A DNA stretch of 63,496 nucleotides, the filler included, from Reclinomonas americana ATCC 50394 (lineage: Eukaryota), in assembly GCA_048213135.1 (NCBI GenBank). It is 6 parts of 3 records of this genome, joined end to end, with 100 filler letters (N's around TTAATTAATTAA, not from the genome) between each part and the next. Parts side by side here need not be neighbours in the genome. Positions count along the whole stretch, not along the records: positions 60,486 to 63,496 come from PS015121.1; 5 more parts are not named here. One strand, given 5' to 3'. Each line of letters begins with the position of its first letter. Positions within the stretch are counted from its first letter, which is position 1. The notes below the pieces were generated by a model. It saw only the letters and a program-made list of their open reading frames with translations. It did no database searches and had not been told where the DNA came from. Shown piece after piece: positions 60,823-63,496 of the stretch. The position numbers and the translations under genes are program-made.

Positions 60823-62072
60823 CCGAGCTCGGCGCCGTGCTGTACGCCTACCGAAATGCTCGCCCGTACGACGTCAACAAGCACGCTGTGGTCACTGGCA
60901 AGTCGGTGGCGCAGGGTGGCCTGCGAGGCCACGACACCATTTTTGGCCGCGGTTTCCGCACGGGCATTGAGGAGTCGTGCCGCTTCAAGGCCATTCACGA
61001 CGTCAACTTTGCCAAGCAGTGGGGCAAGAGCTTCAGCTTCAACGGCCTGACGGTGACGCTGCAAGGTACGGAAATGAGAGAGAGAGAGAGTGTCTCAGTC
61101 CCTACGTTGTGCTCATTTCTCGTCGCCTGCATCAGGCTTCGGCTTTGTCGGCCGTCAGTTGGCGCTCGAAATCGCCGAGACTGGTGGTGTGGTGACGACG
61201 ATCATTGAGAAGAATTCGGCCGTGCACAGCCCGTCGGGAATCGACATCCCGGCGGCGATTGAGTACTTCAACAAGCGCGGCACTCTCGAGGGTCTGTCGG
61301 GCGCCCACCCCGTCTCGGAGGCAACAGCGTTCAGCAAGCCCGTCGACGTGTTCATCCCGGCGGCCAAGGAGAACGCCGTGAACGCCGACAATGTGCACCT
61401 CATTTCCTGCAAGGTTTGTGTGCTCTCTATTAGGGATGCTCCCTCGCATCTTCGTCGTGTCTCACTTCGCATCGTCTTGTCTTCAAGATCTACGCCGAGG
61501 CTGCCGTCAACCCGACGACCCCTGCCGCCGAAAAGTACCTGGAGGATCACAACGTGGTACGTAACCCCTTCTCTCTCTCTCTCTTTTCTCTCTGTTTCCT
61601 CCCCTTCTATATTCTCATGCACGCGCGCAGTTTGTTGTCCCCGACCTGTGCGTCGTGCCGTCGGCCGATTTCATTCACTACGTCGAGTGGCTGAAGGGCC
61701 TCACTCACATTCGCTACGGCCGCATGGTTCGCATCTCATCGCATCCCTTCTGTCCCTGTCCTCCTCATCTCACCCCTGTGCGCTCTCCCATCCCTGCAGG
61801 AGAAGCGCTACGAGGAGAATTTTAATGAGCGTTTCCTGTCGTACGTGGAGAGCATCTCGTCTCCGATTGAGAAGTCACTGCGCCGCGCCGCCGCCGAGGG
61901 TCCCAACGAGGTCACTCTGGTCACCTCGACGGTGATGGAGGGCATTCAGGACATTGCCCGCCAGGTGTCGGCCGCTGCCCGCGCCGAGAGCCTCAACTAC
62001 CGCACTGCTGCGCTGAAGATTGCCATTACGCGTATTGCCGGTGCCTACAAGAGCCTCGGCATCTTCCCGTAA
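60823..62072 (+). CDS. Glutamate dehydrogenase (ELFV family) C-terminal part with antenna-like segment, divergent active site, 5'-incomplete
   Basis: AVVTGKS..QGGL.G, LQGFGFVG, VDVFIPAAKE, PTTPAAE, VVPDL, YVEWLKGLTHIRYGRM, YRTAA. Five exons, stop TAA ends at 62072. Confidence 0.88.
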
Positions 62073-62325
62073 ACTGCGTGTTATGGTTATGCTGTTGTGG
62101 TGGTGATGATGATGGATCTGTGTTTGTTTCTCGGTCGCGTTTATTTTGATGGTCTGTGTTGTGTGTGTGTGTATGTGTTGGGTGCTTTTTTTTTTGGTCG
62201 TCATGTGTCTGTGTGTGGGTGTGAATGTCGAAACGAGTATTGTATTGCGGTGGTGGATATTCAAGTAATCACAACGGTGTACATGGGTGTTTTTTTCAAT
62301 TCTCAAGCCGGAGCCTTCTACCGCA

Positions 62326-62666
62326 CTAGAACATAATATTGATCTTCTCATTGTCGGCTCTGGTGGTCTGAATGGCGCGCTGGATCTCTTCACATGACGG
62401 GTGGCACGAACGCAAGTCGATTTCCGCCACACCAGTGGCCCGTGCGGCCGCGTCGATAATCTCCAGGAGACCGGCGAGACCAAGTGGGTTGTGTGCCAGC
62501 ACCACGCGGTCGCACGACGAGTCCGCAATGCCCACTGCCAGCGCCTGCGAGGGGGGATGGTGAGCAGAGCTGCACGACGACGACGCGCCCACGATCGCGA
62601 GGACAACTCACCTCGGCGCCACTTCGTGTGATGCGATTGTGTGACAGATCAATGTGCTTGAGGAGC
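62326..62666 (-). CDS. C-terminal exons of an RI-like leucine-rich-repeat protein
   Basis: LKHIDLSHNRIT..GAE|ALAVGI..VVLAHNPLG, with a GAG|GTGAGT intron and a stop at 62326. Confidence 0.7.
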
Positions 62667-62715
62667 NNNNNNNNNNNNNNNNNNNNNNNNNNNNNNNNNN
62701 NNNNNNNNNNNNNNN

Positions 62716-63496
62716 CCGAGGTCAAGATCGAGACCGATTGCACGGGCGGCTTGGCGTTCCGGAAAGCCGTGGAAAAGTTCGACATTGTGGTGTTTCCCGT
62801 CGATCGTGTGGTGGAGAGACTCGGCAACGTGACGCTCGATCTGCGACACTACTCACTGGGCGACAAGGGCGCGGAGGCACTGGCCGATGCGCTCTGCTTC
62901 AACACCACCGTGGAGAACTTTCACGTGCCCGGCAACTTTATCGGTCCCCCCGGTGGCAAGTCGCTGGCCAAGTCACTGATTGTTGCGTTGTGGGTGCCCG
63001 ACTCGTCATGCCTCGTTGTTCTCCTAGTTCGTCTCATGCGTGCGCAGACCAACACGTGGATTGTGGACGTGGATTTGTCGGATAACAATCTCGGCAGCAT
63101 GCGACTCGGCTCCAACTCGCAGACGTTTGGCGATGTGTTTGCCGCGATGCTGCGCGAGAATTCCACCATTACGCGCTTGAACTTGTCGAAGAACAAGCTG
63201 TCTGACGATGACGTGGTGCCGATTGTGGAGGCGGAGAGCGATCGGCAGCTGATTCGCGAAATGGATCTGTCGCACAACAGCATGCAGGAGAGCGGTGGTG
63301 TGGCGATTGGTCGCATGATTGCCACACACATCAACCTGGAGATATTGCACCTGAAGTGGAACACGCTGCGCGATTTCGGCTGCACGGCCATCACACAGAG
63401 CATGGCCGACTCGCACCTGCACAAGCTGGATTTGTCGTGGACTGGCCTGTCGGATGGTGCCGCCAGTGCTCTCGGTGCCTGTCTCGGCCGCACCAC
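62716..63496 (+). CDS. Internal exons of an RI-like leucine-rich-repeat protein
   Basis: VTLDLRHYSLGDKGAEALA, VDVDLSDNNLG, TRLNLSKNKLSD, EMDLSHNSM, LHLKWNTL, KLDLSWTGL. One intron at 62982-63047. Confidence 0.85.

Overview
Intron-rich, GC-rich-exon eukaryotic (protist-like) genomic DNA. It is a scaffold of contigs joined by N gaps and five TTAATTAATTAA linkers, so some adjacencies and orientations are not trustworthy. I built the gene models by hand. They are: a long coiled-coil gene (+, partial); a ~3,000-aa kinesin-like/coiled-coil gene (-) with degenerate ATPase motifs; the 3' part of VPS11; PWP2/UTP1; a TPR-like gene probably split by a mis-oriented contig; a 45-aa Cys/His microprotein; an intronless secreted BBE-like FAD oxidoreductase; a >5,000-aa Gly/Thr/Val/Ala beta-repeat, tail-fibre-like protein; a divergent glutamate dehydrogenase; and LRR fragments. 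The main observation is a two-register 5' splice-site code. In my models about 60 exons end in G and are followed by ordinary GT donors. All ~21 exons ending in A, C or T are instead followed by the donor motif shifted one base (GTTGCG, GTTGAG or GTTTTG). I found no exception. All intron calls come from reading-frame continuity and protein-family conservation, not from cDNA.
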